A DNA stretch of 64,000 bases from Paramoeba atlantica (Eukaryota; Protista; Discosea), in the NCBI GenBank assembly GCA_977017575.1, contig CDRNVI010000056.1, positions 124,001 through 188,000 on the forward strand, written 5' to 3'. How positions within the stretch are numbered: the first letter of the stretch is position 1; the number at the start of each line of letters is the position of its first letter. Both the position numbers and the translations under genes were made by a program. Under the pieces are notes generated by a model. The model had not been told where the DNA came from, did not search any database, and worked only from the letters and a program-made list of their open reading frames with translations. Of the stretch, positions 10,480 to 22,689 are shown in pieces.

Positions 10480-11400
10480 TAACATTGAGTAAATACCAAC
10501 GTCGCGCTAGTGATGCGTGCTAGTAGTGTACCCGGCCGCAGATCTGCATCTGGGTGTGGGTAGCGGAGAGAGGTTCGATAGTGGGAGGGGGGGTTCACTG
10601 ACGTCGAGACCCACGCTTTCGTTTGAGAAAGCTTTCGAGAAAGCGCCAAACTGAAGAACAATCCGGTGTAATTCTTGGAGGAAGGACGAATGGAGCTCTG
10701 AAGCGGGGGTCCTTTGTTGTGTAGCAATACCGGAAGCGCCTGAACCGCTCTCTTCATCTGAATCAAGCTCTGAAGATGAGATAGTGACCCCGGACCCAAA
10801 GCGATCAAAGCGGAACGAGCGGCACAAGATGACGGTGAAGTCTTTGTCTGGGCATTTCAATTTGGCTTATTGCCCGCCAAACTGTCCACACGAACATGCG
10901 GATGTTCTCACAGACCCCCTTAAACAAAAAATACACTTTATGTGCACTACAGAGGGTTGCGCGTTTCAACTGCATTACCATTAAGCATGTCCGCGAGTGT
11001 CGTGAGGGCAAACAGGAACTTGGCGACTAGGAGAGGTCAGTGGGGTGAGGGGAGGCGTGATTTCGGAATTTGCACTTTTCAAGGTGTGAGACCTGCCTTA
11101 CCCTCGTAATTTTTACCACATGAACCGCAGATGAAGCGATCTTGTTCATCCCACCACTGTTCACAAACCGCGTCATCGTGTCGGAGGGCGACGTGATTGT
11201 AGAAGGCCTGTCACTGCCCTCCATGGGACGTTGTACTCCAAGCGCATCCGTCCGCGGGACGAACACGAGATTCTGTGGGCATGAAGAGAGGAAGTGTGGT
11301 TGCGGAGAGATTACTTGAATGGAGAAGAAACGATCGTCGTGCCGAATACGGGGTATCGGGTCCCGGATTCTGTTCCACTCCGCCTCGCACGAGTTCGTTT
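10480..11400 (-). pseudogene. Decayed ORF beginning with a 2A-like peptide and C2H2 zinc fingers; probable non-LTR retrotransposon 5' part
   Basis: ELVRGGVEQNPGP (GGVEQNPGP at 11358-11384), then in frame through one TGA: P.DGCAW...AFYNHVALRH and FICGSCGKNYEGKAGL. Confidence 0.5.
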
Positions 11401-11774
11401 TTTTTTTTAAATTGACCAAATAAAACAATTATTTGGTTTAGGGGATAGAAAAGGGGGTAAACGGATGAAGGATGGATTTTTCCCTCTATGGAATGTGATA
11501 CTGTTTCTGTAGCTACAACTTGCTCAGCAAAGTTGGCACACTCATCGAGCTTCATTGTAGTACGGGATCGTATGGTTGGTTGGCAAATCAGGGTGAAAGC
11601 GGGTAAATGGGTCAATGACCCGGGTAAATTACCCGCGTTTACCGCAATGTAGGTAATTACCCATTTACCCGACAGGGATATGAAATTTGGGTTAAAATTT
11701 CGCAATTCTCGCCGAAACATCGAGCCCTTTTACCCCCAAAAATAGGTTGTTCATGATTTTTTCACGATTTTTAT

Positions 11775-11881
11775 TTTTTAGTGGCTTCGTTAAACGCGGA
11801 GGTAGTTTTCAACGCGAAGCGCGCAGCATGAGTGACTTCTAAGTTGAAAACAACCACCGCGTTTAGCGAAGCCACTAAAAA
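11775..11881 (+). repeat. Dispersed hairpin repeat family B, copy 1
   Basis: 39-nt inverted arms with 3 mismatches around the loop GCGAAGCGCGCAGCATGAGTGACTTCTAA. Other copies lie at 41979, 42658, 50972 and 60562. Confidence 0.85.
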
Positions 11882-12769
11882 GGAAATTTTATTTTTTTTG
11901 CTATGCTCCTAAAAATACTCTATCTTAAAAGATATGATATCATCATCACGACCATCCTGGAGACCATCATCCGGGCCTGGGAGCGCATGTTCGTCACGTT
12001 CAACTCTTTTAAGAGTTCATTTCGAGCCTGTGTGTCCGTAAGAAGACCGTTTGATGCACTGGCGCGTAGCTAGCGCCCCCACCTTTCACAAGACTTTTAA
12101 AAGCGGGCCGGGGGGCGCGCCACGCGCATTGTACAACAAGATATACTGACACTGTATTCTCAATCAGGGTACCAGGAGGGCTGCGTAACATTGTGTAACT
12201 AAAGGTACTCATAAGGGAGGATGTATACTCACTGCACTCGTACAATGTGTACTCATGTAGTATACTCATATTACATTGTACTCATGTACCCGTTGGATTT
12301 ACTGCGGCAAGTCAGAAGACGTTAGTAGTATTAGCAAATGGAAAGAAACTAGAAAATCAGGCTGTCAGGATGATCCTCGTCGAGCATCGGGGAGCATCTG
12401 ACCTCGGCCTGCGAAGTGCGCATAACGTTCCTAATGAGTAGTCATGCATTACTTCCTTTCATGGGCATTGGTCTCCTTTAACCCTGACGGTGCAAAGCTA
12501 AGGTCGAATGTACTACCCGCTCCCCCTTTGTCCGGGCGTATGTATCCATCCTTCCATCACCTTTCCACATTTCTCTGAGAAGAAATGTGGCCCCGGGCTT
12601 TGGACCGGAATTGAGGGGTTAAAGGAAACCGATGCCCACGAAAGGAAGTGTTTTCACCTACACTGTAAACTGTGGGCCACGGCATGATTGTAGGCTGCAA
12701 AAACCATACTTTCACACATTTTTATTCAAAATGTATGCGTAATGGAAGTTATATTTCATGCAGGGCAAA

Positions 12770-13050
12770 ACCTGCAGGGTGGGTGCCTGTCGTGTACGAC
12801 GACCGTTATCAACGGCCATTACAGCGCAGTCAACGCTTGTCGTACGTAGGGATTGAGGACCACGCCGCGTGGTCCTCAAGGGAGGTCCTGCAGCGCATGG
12901 GAGGGGGTGAAGGAGGCACTGGACTTCCACTGGGGGGGGGGGGGCGTCGTTGAGAAGCTGCAAGAAGCCTTTGGGCTACACAAAGTCGTTGAGAGGCTCT
13001 CCCCGGCGATCATCCAGCGGGGGCATTCAGCGCGTCTGACGCGCTGCACG
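12770..13050 (+). pseudogene. Possible C-terminal (RLE endonuclease region) remnant of a CRE/R2-like non-LTR element
   Basis: VVERLSPAIIQRGHSA resembles the QRLS.A.QRGNA end motif. Upstream WVPVVYDD...HAA is in another frame. Confidence 0.3.
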
Positions 13051-14227
13051 GGTCTGCGAAGCGGCGGTCCCTATTCAACAGAAAGAGGAGTTTCCGGCCC
13101 TAGCGCCATCCGGAAACGGACATACATAAAAGTACATATAAGGTTAAGAGCATGCCCGCTTCTGGGAAAGGAAAAGATGAGCTAGGGAAAAAGTACAACA
13201 AGGTATAGAAACTGTATTGAAAATTAAAAGTAAATAAAGATTTAGTGTTCATTTCATTGGGTAATTGTTCTAATCCAGGATGACAGAGGGTTCTCCTCCA
13301 GTGTCGATTCAAGAAACAACATACAAGTGTACGTCTCCGCCTTTTTGGTTTTTTCGTCAAATGACCCCTGTACTCTTCACGTGGTTTTTTAAAGTACTTT
13401 CCCTTCTTTGTCCCCACACGATCTTCGACACAGAACATTCGAGAAAACTACGTCTAGAGTTTCCTAATTGTAAGATCAGCGTATTGTAAAATACACGTTC
13501 GGGTCTGTAAAATATTCTTCCTTTAAATAAAATGTAAAATATTCTGCATGATGATATTTTAATTAGAAGTTTGAACAGTTACATGAAACATCTTTTCGAG
13601 GCTTTGCATGGACTGATTTATGAAATGCATCTATCTCCGCAAAGTTTTTTTACGGCACATCATTTTTACACATAACCCGTCTCAAAAATAATGCAACCAT
13701 TCCCTAGGGACCTATCAATTTATTTTGAATAATTACAAGCGTAATCTTAGAGAACAAACCTCTTAGAAGGTCAACATCTTAGACCTGACAAAATGTTTAT
13801 TTCGATTCTAAAATTCTTTGAAAAATATTTTTTGAACCACTAAAACTTGTGTTTACCGACCACTTTTTCTACTCTATCCGACAACCGATGTCCAGCTCAT
13901 GCGGGAGAGTACATACGTAGTACAAAAACTGTACCTTTCACTTGCATGGAAGAGTTTCAAAATCGCACGAACAGAAGTGTACAATTTTACTCTTACTGAG
14001 TTACCCCATTCGATTGTAAAGTATTAAATGGGGGTTCACAGAAGGCTTTCGATTTTTGTTCTTTCTTCACATTTACTGGTCACTCAAGTCTTTGGTGAGT
14101 CTCTAAATCATTCGTTCTCTCAAAACTGAATTCATCGACATTTTTCTCACCTACCTAATAGTGGCTCCTAAAAAAGCGCAAGTTAAATTTCAAAAAAAGA
14201 GTAAAGCTCTACTCCTTTCACACCTTC

Positions 14228-14905
14228 ATGGTTCATCCTTTCAATACGGTGCGTGCAATTTTACTTACGAATGCAGATATTTTATCTCGACCAAGTAAAG
14301 TGCGAGGCGCTGTCTTACCACAGGAATACACATTGTCTCGCTTTGTGAGTAATCTTGCGTCCCTAGAGGAATCGTGGACAGAGGCTACTCCCGCATATGT
14401 GTTGTGTAATGCGGAAAAGCAAGTAACTTCACTGGGCTGGGATAGTAAACTGTTTGAAGATGAGACAGATGAAGGTGGTTCGGAATTTCCTATTTTGGTT
14501 GGTCCACTACTGTGGGAGTACATCCCGCATACGCTAATTCTCTTTACAGCATACATGCAGGACTTATCAGGCCCTGTGCCGCTTTCCGTACTACCCAACT
14601 GTTTAACAAAGTTTAACATTCGTACCAATGAATGCAGTGGGCAATTAGATCTGATACATCTACCCTCTGCATTGGAAATCTTGGATTTACGTAACAATCA
14701 ATTTGAAGGGACAATTGATCTCACGCGTCTTCCTGCGCATCTAAAATGTCTCTATCTGGGAGGCAACAATCTGTCTGGTAGCTTGGACTTGACACACATC
14801 TCCGAAAATGTGCAGAATATAAATCTGGAACATAACTTCTTTAACGTTCAGCGGACTGTGCCCAACAATGTAGAATTTGGAACTCAAGCTCTCCCTGGAT
14901 GTTGA
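14228..14905 (+). CDS. Short LRR-only protein (paralog 5); cap degenerate
   Basis: 225 aa; RPSKVRGAVLPQEYTL. The cap lacks CxWxG (ATPAYVLC). Acidic insert FEDETDEGGSE; about 4 LRRs. Confidence 0.85.
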   Translation: MVHPFNTVRAILLTNADILSRPSKVRGAVLPQEYTLSRFVSNLASLEESWTEATPAYVLCNAEKQVTSLGWDSKLFEDETDEGGSEFPILVGPLLWEYIPHTLILFTAYMQDLSGPVPLSVLPNCLTKFNIRTNECSGQLDLIHLPSALEILDLRNNQFEGTIDLTRLPAHLKCLYLGGNNLSGSLDLTHISENVQNINLEHNFFNVQRTVPNNVEFGTQALPGC

Positions 14906-15168
14906 GCGGCACTGCATGGTTTTCATGCAAATTGTTGTAAATGACGCTTTATTTATACTGTTGATGACACTAACATTTCATCTGACGTTTCATAACTTTT
15001 TTTCGGTGTAAATATTCTGGTCTTATTGGTTTCTTTTGCTTCCAGATTTTGCCGCACATAAATTTCTATCTCAGTTCTATGGAATTTCATAAATGTTTCG
15101 AAGGATTCAGTAATTTTATTCCTCAAATAAAACTTTCAAGCCTTGAGACTGTTGTGTTTTAAAATAAC

Positions 15169-15792
15169 ATGTGTATGTATATTCCCTCACATCTATCCCC
15201 CCAGGTTCATATCAAGACCTGTGACACTCCAACCGCTACAAAGGAAGCGCGCCCGAAGAAGGTACGGGGTACTTCTCTTCCGGTGGAATATGACTTTGAA
15301 AAATTCATACAGAACGTCGAGCGTCCAGATGCTTCGTGGCACACGCACACGCCTGCGGCTGAGTGGGCAGGTATATTCTTTGCGCAAGGAACGTATGATA
15401 TCGATTGGGCAGACTATGGCTTGCGCGGCTCATTGTGCTGGGAATATTTGGCTACACTTCCCATAAACAGTGTTGTCGTCCCGGAGAACGAGCTCACTGG
15501 TCATCTTCCTTTGGAGAATTTACCATCCAAACTCACACGGTTTCATGTTCATTGCAACGCGCTTAGTGGTCCAGTGGAGCTCCGCTTCTTGCCTTGTGGG
15601 CTACGGGTTCTGCGACTCGATTACAATCAGTTTAGTGGAGAGGTACACTTTGACGCTCTCCCCGCAAGCCTTCAAGAGTTAGGCTTACAGTGGAATACGG
15701 CACTCGTTGGAGAGTTAGATCACAATATGTTGAGTGAAAGGCATCACGTGTTGTCTCTACGTCTCAACCAGACAGGAATTAAAGAGAATTAA
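15169..15792 (+). CDS. Short LRR-only protein (paralog 6)
   Basis: 207 aa; RPKKVRGTSLPVEYDF; Cys-less cap AEWAGIFF; about 4 LRRs. Confidence 0.85.
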   Translation: MCMYIPSHLSPQVHIKTCDTPTATKEARPKKVRGTSLPVEYDFEKFIQNVERPDASWHTHTPAAEWAGIFFAQGTYDIDWADYGLRGSLCWEYLATLPINSVVVPENELTGHLPLENLPSKLTRFHVHCNALSGPVELRFLPCGLRVLRLDYNQFSGEVHFDALPASLQELGLQWNTALVGELDHNMLSERHHVLSLRLNQTGIKEN

Positions 15793-16849
15793 CGATACCC
15801 CTGTTCTATACAAAATCTGTTATTTCTCTCTTTATTGAACTCAAAATTTGATTTTGCGCGAAACGAAAAAGACTTCTAGCATCATTTCGCCGAAACATTA
15901 TCTTCTGTGTGAAACGGTTCCTGTCGGAAGTTCTACCAGTCTACCCGATGCTCCTATTCATTCGGAACCTGAAGACATTCAACAATACGCCCAGTGTTTT
16001 AAAGATGATTTACTCAGAGAACACGAGGTAGAACTTCTTGAGTCTCTGTATGACGCAGACGATCTCTGTGCGCATCAGATATTGACGACTGGCGTTGTAT
16101 CTGCTTATGCGACGTGAAAAGAAAGCCCACAAAAAAAAACAACTGCACTCTACGTATCTAATACATAAATCATTGGGTTTGTCAAAGCGAACGACGCATT
16201 CTTTTAATCCCACTGTGTCTTGGTCTTTTTTGTGATCCTTTTTATCTCTTCCTATGCACTTCAGAAGGAATGAACCTCATATGTATTCTTAACGTTTCAT
16301 ATCACCAGAAGTCTATGCAGATGGAAGAAGATGAAGCTGAAGAAGATGATGCTGTCTGGTTTGCCCGATTCACTTAAGAAAGGGATCGCGCGTGAGCCGC
16401 CAAGCAATTGACATTTTATTTGTTGGCTTGATCTTCCGAGTCGTTCAACATTATCTTTTCTAATTTTCCTGGGGTTACTGTGACCCCATGTTGTTGAAAC
16501 CGATGAGACACTAATAGGGAACCGAACTTGCATACTAACGCCCGGACGGACAGTCGGGTACTTTCATTTTCCGAATGCGGAATAGGGGAGCCGGCAGGGG
16601 CACTCACCGTGCGCTTATTAGTTATTAAATGGGGAGTCATTCATGGCTCGCAGGAGGCCTTCGTGTTGATGTACCCCGCACCGAGGATTCGCTAGAAAAC
16701 GAAGGCGGACTTTCTGGGTACTAATCTACAAAGTTTAAATCACCTAATTGTACGTACTGATCCGCGTTTTCTGCATTTTCCCACGTAATCTTCAAAATTT
16801 GAGTGCTCTAAAATCTTGTTTTTGGTCGATTTTCTAGCCGTCGTATGAA

Positions 16850-16997
16850 CACTAGGGGGTCCCTATGAATAATAAGGCGGCAAATCGCTTCGCTACGAAA
16901 ACGAGATCTCTCCAATGCTGCAAAAATAAGCAAAAACGGATAAAAAAATCAAATTTTCTTGGGGTGGGGGGGGGGGCAAGATCAACTGAAACCACTG
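16850..16997. mobile_element. Second copy of the transposon terminus seen at 1560-1740
   Basis: Shared sequence ending poly-G then gatcaactgaaaccactg. The partner end was not found. Confidence 0.6.
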
Positions 16998-17228
16998 TGC
17001 CTACATGCATGTTAAGTTAGTAGATGATAAGTTGGTAAGTCGTCTTCCCCTTACTAAGAACCCTACGAAATTTTCGTTTTTCGACTCAGTCGTTCCGAAT
17101 CCGCGAAAAACATCTGTCCGTATTAAAAGGGGTCACTGTACTTATATTTTTTCGTTTATTTTTTTTGCTATGATGTATAAGTTATATACAAACAAATTCC
17201 GTTTTATGCTTTTTTCGTTCTAGACTAA

Positions 17229-18035
17229 ATGCGTCCACTGCCAGCTGCCACGGCAGATCCTGACACAAAGTCAGCACGACTGGGCAAGGCTAGGGCCCCA
17301 CTCCCGCAGGAGTACATACTTGCTGAATTGGTGAAGGACGTGGAGAATCCGCACCCATCGTGGAACACTACAGTACACGCGTGCAAATGGAAAGGGGTCA
17401 CATGTACGGAGGGTGGAGATGTCAGCCAAATAGGCTTTCAGTATGTAGCATTGGATTTCACCTTCTTGCGTGGAAAAATTTGCTGGAAGTTGCCAAGTAC
17501 GTTGCTTTATTTCAGGTCACTTACGCTGGAATTGTGGGGCGAATCTCCTACGGAACATTTGCCTCAGGGATTTCTTTCTATGAGTCTTTACCAAAACAAA
17601 TTTACGGGAGCCATAAATCTATGTGATCTGCCTACCACGTTAGAAAATTTGTCGTTGCATCAGAATAAATTTGAAGGGCCGATTGATCTCAGCCACTTGC
17701 CAGCGACGCTAAAGACCTTGTCCGTCGGAGTGAATAGCTTAACGGGTGAGTTGAATTTCACTCAACTCCCAAGCTCATTGAAGGACATGGACTTCATGAT
17801 GAATCAATTTCATGGCGTAGTGGACTTAGATCACCTGCCGCGCAATCTGTTTTCACTGGAGCTTTCGCGCAATCCAAATTTGCGTGGTTTTTATCGAGCT
17901 TCACGCATGCCGGAGAAAATGCGTACCGAAGAAAAGTCCTTCTTCTTCAGTACGGTATACAAGATACAGTTTCGTAGCGCACGTACCGGAGCCCGGTTCA
18001 ACATCGAAGGGACAGGGATTGTCGAATATAAATAG
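17229..18035 (+). CDS. LRR-only protein (paralog 7)
   Basis: 268 aa; RLGKARAPLPQEYIL, CKWKGVTC cap. A pyrimidine tract plus TAG lies 5 nt before the ATG. Confidence 0.92.
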   Translation: MRPLPAATADPDTKSARLGKARAPLPQEYILAELVKDVENPHPSWNTTVHACKWKGVTCTEGGDVSQIGFQYVALDFTFLRGKICWKLPSTLLYFRSLTLELWGESPTEHLPQGFLSMSLYQNKFTGAINLCDLPTTLENLSLHQNKFEGPIDLSHLPATLKTLSVGVNSLTGELNFTQLPSSLKDMDFMMNQFHGVVDLDHLPRNLFSLELSRNPNLRGFYRASRMPEKMRTEEKSFFFSTVYKIQFRSARTGARFNIEGTGIVEYK

Positions 18036-18361
18036 ATCTACATTGAAAATACAGTGTAATATTTCATAAAGCGATAATTAGTTAGAAATGCAGTCCAGGC
18101 CACATACAGGGTATGATATAAGTTTATTTATAAACACTCAGAAATTTCTTTTAACCAGATTTTACTCTTGTCGTAAGACACGAATAAAATCCCCCTTCCG
18201 CGAAAGCGCGAAGATTCTGTGAGGCTAGAAAATTTTACACTCTTATAAATTTGTCGTTTATAAATTTCATAATAGAGTAACACAATATTAGTTTAATATT
18301 GTGTTAAATTTATTAAAATTTAATAATCCAACATTAACCTAATGCAACATTAACTTCAAAC

Positions 18362-19186
18362 ATGTATAAAATGTATCGCAATGACTGCATCGATGACGGG
18401 TCTGATGTACGTCGGGGTAAGGTTACCTCAATGTTACTACCCCAAGAAGATAGGCTTGAACGTTTTATTTCGAATCTAACAATACGCGATAAGTCTTGGC
18501 GTACGACGAAGAAGAACGCATTCGGACGTGTCAAACGCCTATCCGTGTGTAAGTGGCGAGGCGTGACATGTGATGCATCCCAACAAGCAACGAAAATTAT
18601 ATGGACCTGGATGAAACTTCAAGGTACATTGCAGTGGGATTATTTGCCCGAGTCGGTCTTTCGTTTTGACTCTTCTTTTTGCAGGCTTACCGGACCCGTT
18701 CTGCTTGATGCGCTGCCACCGCGACTCACATACTTCAACTTAGAACGCAACATATTTATCGGTGAGTTAAACTTAAGCGATCTACCCAGAATACTATGTA
18801 CTCTTTGGTTGAATGACAATAAATTCGACGGAAGTGTAGATCTGACGCTTCTGCCTTGTGGGTTAGAATATTTATATTTGCGAAACAACCAACTTTCCGG
18901 TGCCGTCGATCTTTCTCATTTGCCGACGAACTTACGAAATCTCGATCTATCCAGCAACAGATTCACGGGACCGCTTTCGTTGCAACATTTGCCTGCATTA
19001 CTGACTTCTTTGGAGTGTCAACAAAATTCATTATCTGGTTTAGTTCTTTTTGACTGTCTTTCTGAAAACTTGCGAAAACTGTCCTTATATAATAACAAAG
19101 ATCTTTATGGAGAGATAAAGACTTCTCCAAATATTCGAGCCTTCATCGATATACGAAACACGGGCATTCGCTTCCAAGATCCCTGA
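18362..19186 (+). CDS. LRR-only protein (paralog 8), DDGSD/basic-insert subfamily
   Basis: 274 aa; DDGSDVRRGKVTSMLLPQEDRL, WRTTKKNAFGRVKRLSVCKWRGVTC. Confidence 0.92.
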   Translation: MYKMYRNDCIDDGSDVRRGKVTSMLLPQEDRLERFISNLTIRDKSWRTTKKNAFGRVKRLSVCKWRGVTCDASQQATKIIWTWMKLQGTLQWDYLPESVFRFDSSFCRLTGPVLLDALPPRLTYFNLERNIFIGELNLSDLPRILCTLWLNDNKFDGSVDLTLLPCGLEYLYLRNNQLSGAVDLSHLPTNLRNLDLSSNRFTGPLSLQHLPALLTSLECQQNSLSGLVLFDCLSENLRKLSLYNNKDLYGEIKTSPNIRAFIDIRNTGIRFQDP

Positions 19187-19989
19187 TGGTTTACTTTGCG
19201 TGGCAGAAAACACTATTGATGTTGGACCCCTATGGGCCTTAGAAGTCTGGCAGTAAAAGCACTATTACAGATCCTATTGATCCGTATATGCACTTCGGGA
19301 TTCCTAAAATACTACTACTGAAGAGCACGAAAACGAACTTGAAGAACTTTCGTCAATAGTAAAAATCAATAGTAAAAGTTCTGATCTGTCCATATTCCGT
19401 TTTACTTCGAAATTATTTCATATTCATTGTTCTTCGAACCAATGGTCCGCATTCAAATCTCCGGGCGACTTCGGATGGTCACTGGCAAGCCAGACCCTTC
19501 ACCTATTGACTTGTATCCAATAGGCGTCTATGTTTCCCTTTTTCTATTTCCTGGAATACTTGTCCCGTAATTACATGTCTATTCGTTTCTCTGTCCCGTT
19601 TTTCTATCCAAGAGTGCATTTTCCTGTTTCACCTTTCTTACATTTTCACCTTTTTTTCGTACATGCAATCCAGCTTTTGGTCAAAGGGGTATGTTTTGTA
19701 CCAATTTTTTTTTTCAATGAAATTTTTCCCCAACGAGTAGAAAAACGTTCTCAAATTTACAAAAACATTTTATAGATTGTAATACTCTCCTAGGATTCTA
19801 TTAAATTGTTAGAATTTACTCAAATATTATAAAGTCATTTTCAGTCAGTCGGAAGAATTGGTACTAAAATATACCCTTTTCACCCATCTCTTTTAATATT
19901 ATGTATATGTGTAAAAGTTACTCTAAATAATTAATTTCATTAAGGAAATAATTTCGTGCCACTTACTTTAAAAATTCTGTATCCCTCAG

Positions 19990-20820
19990 ATGACTTTCAT
20001 GTTGCTTTGCTTTTTCGAAACAGTGGATCCTTCGAATGCGAACACACAGGAAATGCGACCAGGTAAGGTACGAGGAGCGAACTTACCGCAAGAATATGAA
20101 CTCACACGCTTCGTACAAAACATTGAGAATCCGGATCCATCATGGAATGCTTCCACGCCCGCGTGTGAATGGGAACATGTAACTTGTGATGAAGAGTTAC
20201 ACGTAATATGGATAAATTGGAACGGTATGAATATGAAAGGGTCGCTTCAATGGAACTATCTGTGCCACACAGTACTCGAATTTCGTGCGTGGTTGAACCA
20301 ATTCAGAGGAAATGTCTTACTCGGTGCTCTGCCATCTCAAATCGTAAGATTTGATCTCTCTACTAATGGTTTCTCAGGAGAATTGGATTGGTCACATTTG
20401 CCCGGTGAAATGATAGACCTCTTCTTCAGCGACAACAAGTTTAAGGGATGTGTAGATTTTAAGCACTTGCCTTTGAGTTTGAAAGTTCTGCAGGTACAGT
20501 ACAATCAGTTTTCTGGGGATCTTGATCTTACTCGCTTACCACGCCTAATGACGCATGTAAATCTATCGCAAAACTGTTTTACAGGGCCTCTCAACTTACA
20601 GCACTTGCCTTCATCACTCCAAATTTTGAACTGTCACAGAAATCAGTTCAGTGGCCTTGTGATGTTCAACCGCCTTCCTATCAGCTTAAGTACCCTTAAT
20701 TTAGAAGCCAACGCTGAATTATGCGGTACAGCAGAAAAGTTGACTCTCCCAATCGCGCTGAAGAACTTGGGTGTGGGTGGTACTAAAATTTCATCAAATT
20801 TTACTCCAAAAATCGATTAA
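19990..20820 (+). CDS. LRR-only protein (paralog 9)
   Basis: 276 aa; RPGKVRGANLPQEYEL, CEWEHVTC cap, about 7 LRRs. AG immediately precedes the ATG. Confidence 0.93.
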   Translation: MTFMLLCFFETVDPSNANTQEMRPGKVRGANLPQEYELTRFVQNIENPDPSWNASTPACEWEHVTCDEELHVIWINWNGMNMKGSLQWNYLCHTVLEFRAWLNQFRGNVLLGALPSQIVRFDLSTNGFSGELDWSHLPGEMIDLFFSDNKFKGCVDFKHLPLSLKVLQVQYNQFSGDLDLTRLPRLMTHVNLSQNCFTGPLNLQHLPSSLQILNCHRNQFSGLVMFNRLPISLSTLNLEANAELCGTAEKLTLPIALKNLGVGGTKISSNFTPKID

Positions 20821-21007
20821 AACTTTAATCTTTAATTCTAATTATTGAACCTTACAATTGAAATTTCGGGTCAACCAATGAATCTTTGCCTGTTTCGTTG
20901 TATTGCAAATTTCTATATCTGTTGTACTAGTGAGAGGACTGAGGCTGGGTGGGAGCGCCTGGGAAGGTTTCAACCCTCTAATTACTATTTTTTTAGTTCT
21001 AGTAACT

Positions 21008-21095
21008 GCGGTGGTTGTATAACTACCGCTCTACCCTTGATTATTGAAAAAGGTGAACAAAAACGGTGAAAATAAAGAGGAACACAGTACTATAA
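21008..21095 (+). repeat. Terminal part of repeat family A with hairpin GCGGTGGTT-GTAT-AACTACCGC
   Basis: Matches 50196-50280 and the reverse complement of 39930-40012. A shorter copy lies at 21521-21560. Confidence 0.75.
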
Positions 21096-21344
21096 TAGAA
21101 AAAAAAATATAAACCCCGCGTCATGAAAAGTGACCCCACACTTTTTTTTCGTACAAGCGTCCGTTTGAGCTGATTTTTGTTCCATTTTGCAGATCTCAAC
21201 GCAAAGACTTTGCGCGTGAAGAAACGAAACAAAGAGAAGCGAATACGTATATTTTAGAGAAGAATTACCATTTTGTCACTTTTTCGCCTTTCAATCTTAT
21301 ACACTTATTTAGGCGTGAGTCAAAATTTAAGACGGTATTGCGGA

Positions 21345-21764
21345 TCACATTTTGAAATAAACAAGACCAGGTTTTGCGTTCACATCGGATGAGTGAAGGC
21401 TTATCCGATGGGGTATGTTCGTCCACTGCCTCTTAGACCATAGACCAGACGTTTTCTGTTGAGAAAGATCTTGTGAGTCGGCGGACCAACTTTTTAGAAG
21501 TTCACTCATTGTGCTTTTAATAACTACCGCTCTACCCTCGATTATTGAAAGTGAACAAAATAATGCAAGAAATGCCTTTTGCCAGTTCTTTTTCTGTATT
21601 TTCGTTATAAAAAAGGTAAGGCTTAAAACAGGAAACGACGCATTTTCCACCAGAGGGACTTTCGAGAAAATGATAGTGCATTACGACTCTAATGCACTAT
21701 CATTTTCTAAAATTCGCCAAGTTTTACAGATTTTAGACCCCCCCAGATTTAGCTGCACCCCCCT
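21345..21764 (-). mobile_element. Truncated Tc1/mariner-like element
   Basis: The end ttttagaccccccc...cacccccctg|TA is the same TIR family as 58462-59094. Decayed WSADSQDLS resembles the W..SPDL motif. Confidence 0.55.
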
Positions 21765-21858
21765 GTATGCGTACTACACTATGTATATCTGTCGGTAACA
21801 ACGTGTCCGTCTCTATCTTTATAACATAACGCACGTCAACATCAGTATTCTTTATTAA

Positions 21859-22689
21859 ATGTCGACGTCTTCTCTAGTGCAATTTGCAGATTCACCCCAC
21901 ACTCGAGCACGTCTGGGTAAAGTGCGAGGAGCCATCCTCTCGCAGGACATGCTAATGGCACAATTTATTGAGAACCTGGAGAAGAGGTTTGTCATTACCA
22001 AGAATAAAACACAGGTATGTTTATGGGATGGTGTCATTTGTAATTTCGACGACGAAGTCATAAACATCGACTTTTTGTCCAAGGGACTCAAGGGTAATCT
22101 AACCTGGGGTAGCCTACCCCACACGGTGTGTAGTGTTCGTATCGGAGGTAATAAACTTGACGGATATTTTCGGGTTTGTGAACTTCCCCCCACGCTCATT
22201 AATTTAAACATCTCATACAACTCCTTTCATGGACCGTTTGATACTGGATCCCTACCCCAAGCGTTTGAAGAATTTTGGTCAGCATCTACAAAGTTTTCCG
22301 GTGAGCTTGACCTGACGGGACTTCCTCCTTCTTTGAAAGTGTTTCTTTTGTCTTGTAACTATTTTTCGGGAAAATTGGATTTGACTTTGTTGCCCGGAGC
22401 GCTACTCAAGCTCTATCTTCAAGGAAACCAATTCGTAGGGAGCGTGGATTTAACAAATCTTCCAAACCAACTTGAAGAGTTATACCTGTCACAGAATAGG
22501 CTTGATGGTAAGTTGGTGCTTCGAAATCTTCCGCACGCATTACATACGCTCTCTCTTGCGGACAACGCATTTACGGGGAAAGTGCGGTTTGATGCATTGC
22601 CTTCAGGTATGTATCATTTAGGTCTGAGTGGAAATAAAGGTACTTTGGATGTGAAATCCTCGTCAATTCCAAAATGTGTCCAAATATAA
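21859..22689 (+). CDS. LRR-only protein (paralog 10)
   Basis: 276 aa; FAD..RARLGKVRGAILSQDML, CLWDGVIC cap, about 8 LRRs. Confidence 0.92.
   Translation: MSTSSLVQFADSPHTRARLGKVRGAILSQDMLMAQFIENLEKRFVITKNKTQVCLWDGVICNFDDEVINIDFLSKGLKGNLTWGSLPHTVCSVRIGGNKLDGYFRVCELPPTLINLNISYNSFHGPFDTGSLPQAFEEFWSASTKFSGELDLTGLPPSLKVFLLSCNYFSGKLDLTLLPGALLKLYLQGNQFVGSVDLTNLPNQLEELYLSQNRLDGKLVLRNLPHALHTLSLADNAFTGKVRFDALPSGMYHLGLSGNKGTLDVKSSSIPKCVQI

Noticed and set aside
13190-13225. Reverse strand CAGTTTCTATAC resembles part of the kinetoplastid spliced leader
   Set aside because: The match is only about 12 nt, there is no AACTAA start or GT donor context, and it is not repeated in tandem.
19440-19480. attcaaatctccggg resembles a tRNA T-loop
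   Set aside because: There is no cloverleaf or A-box; no tRNA or rRNA could be supported anywhere in the window.
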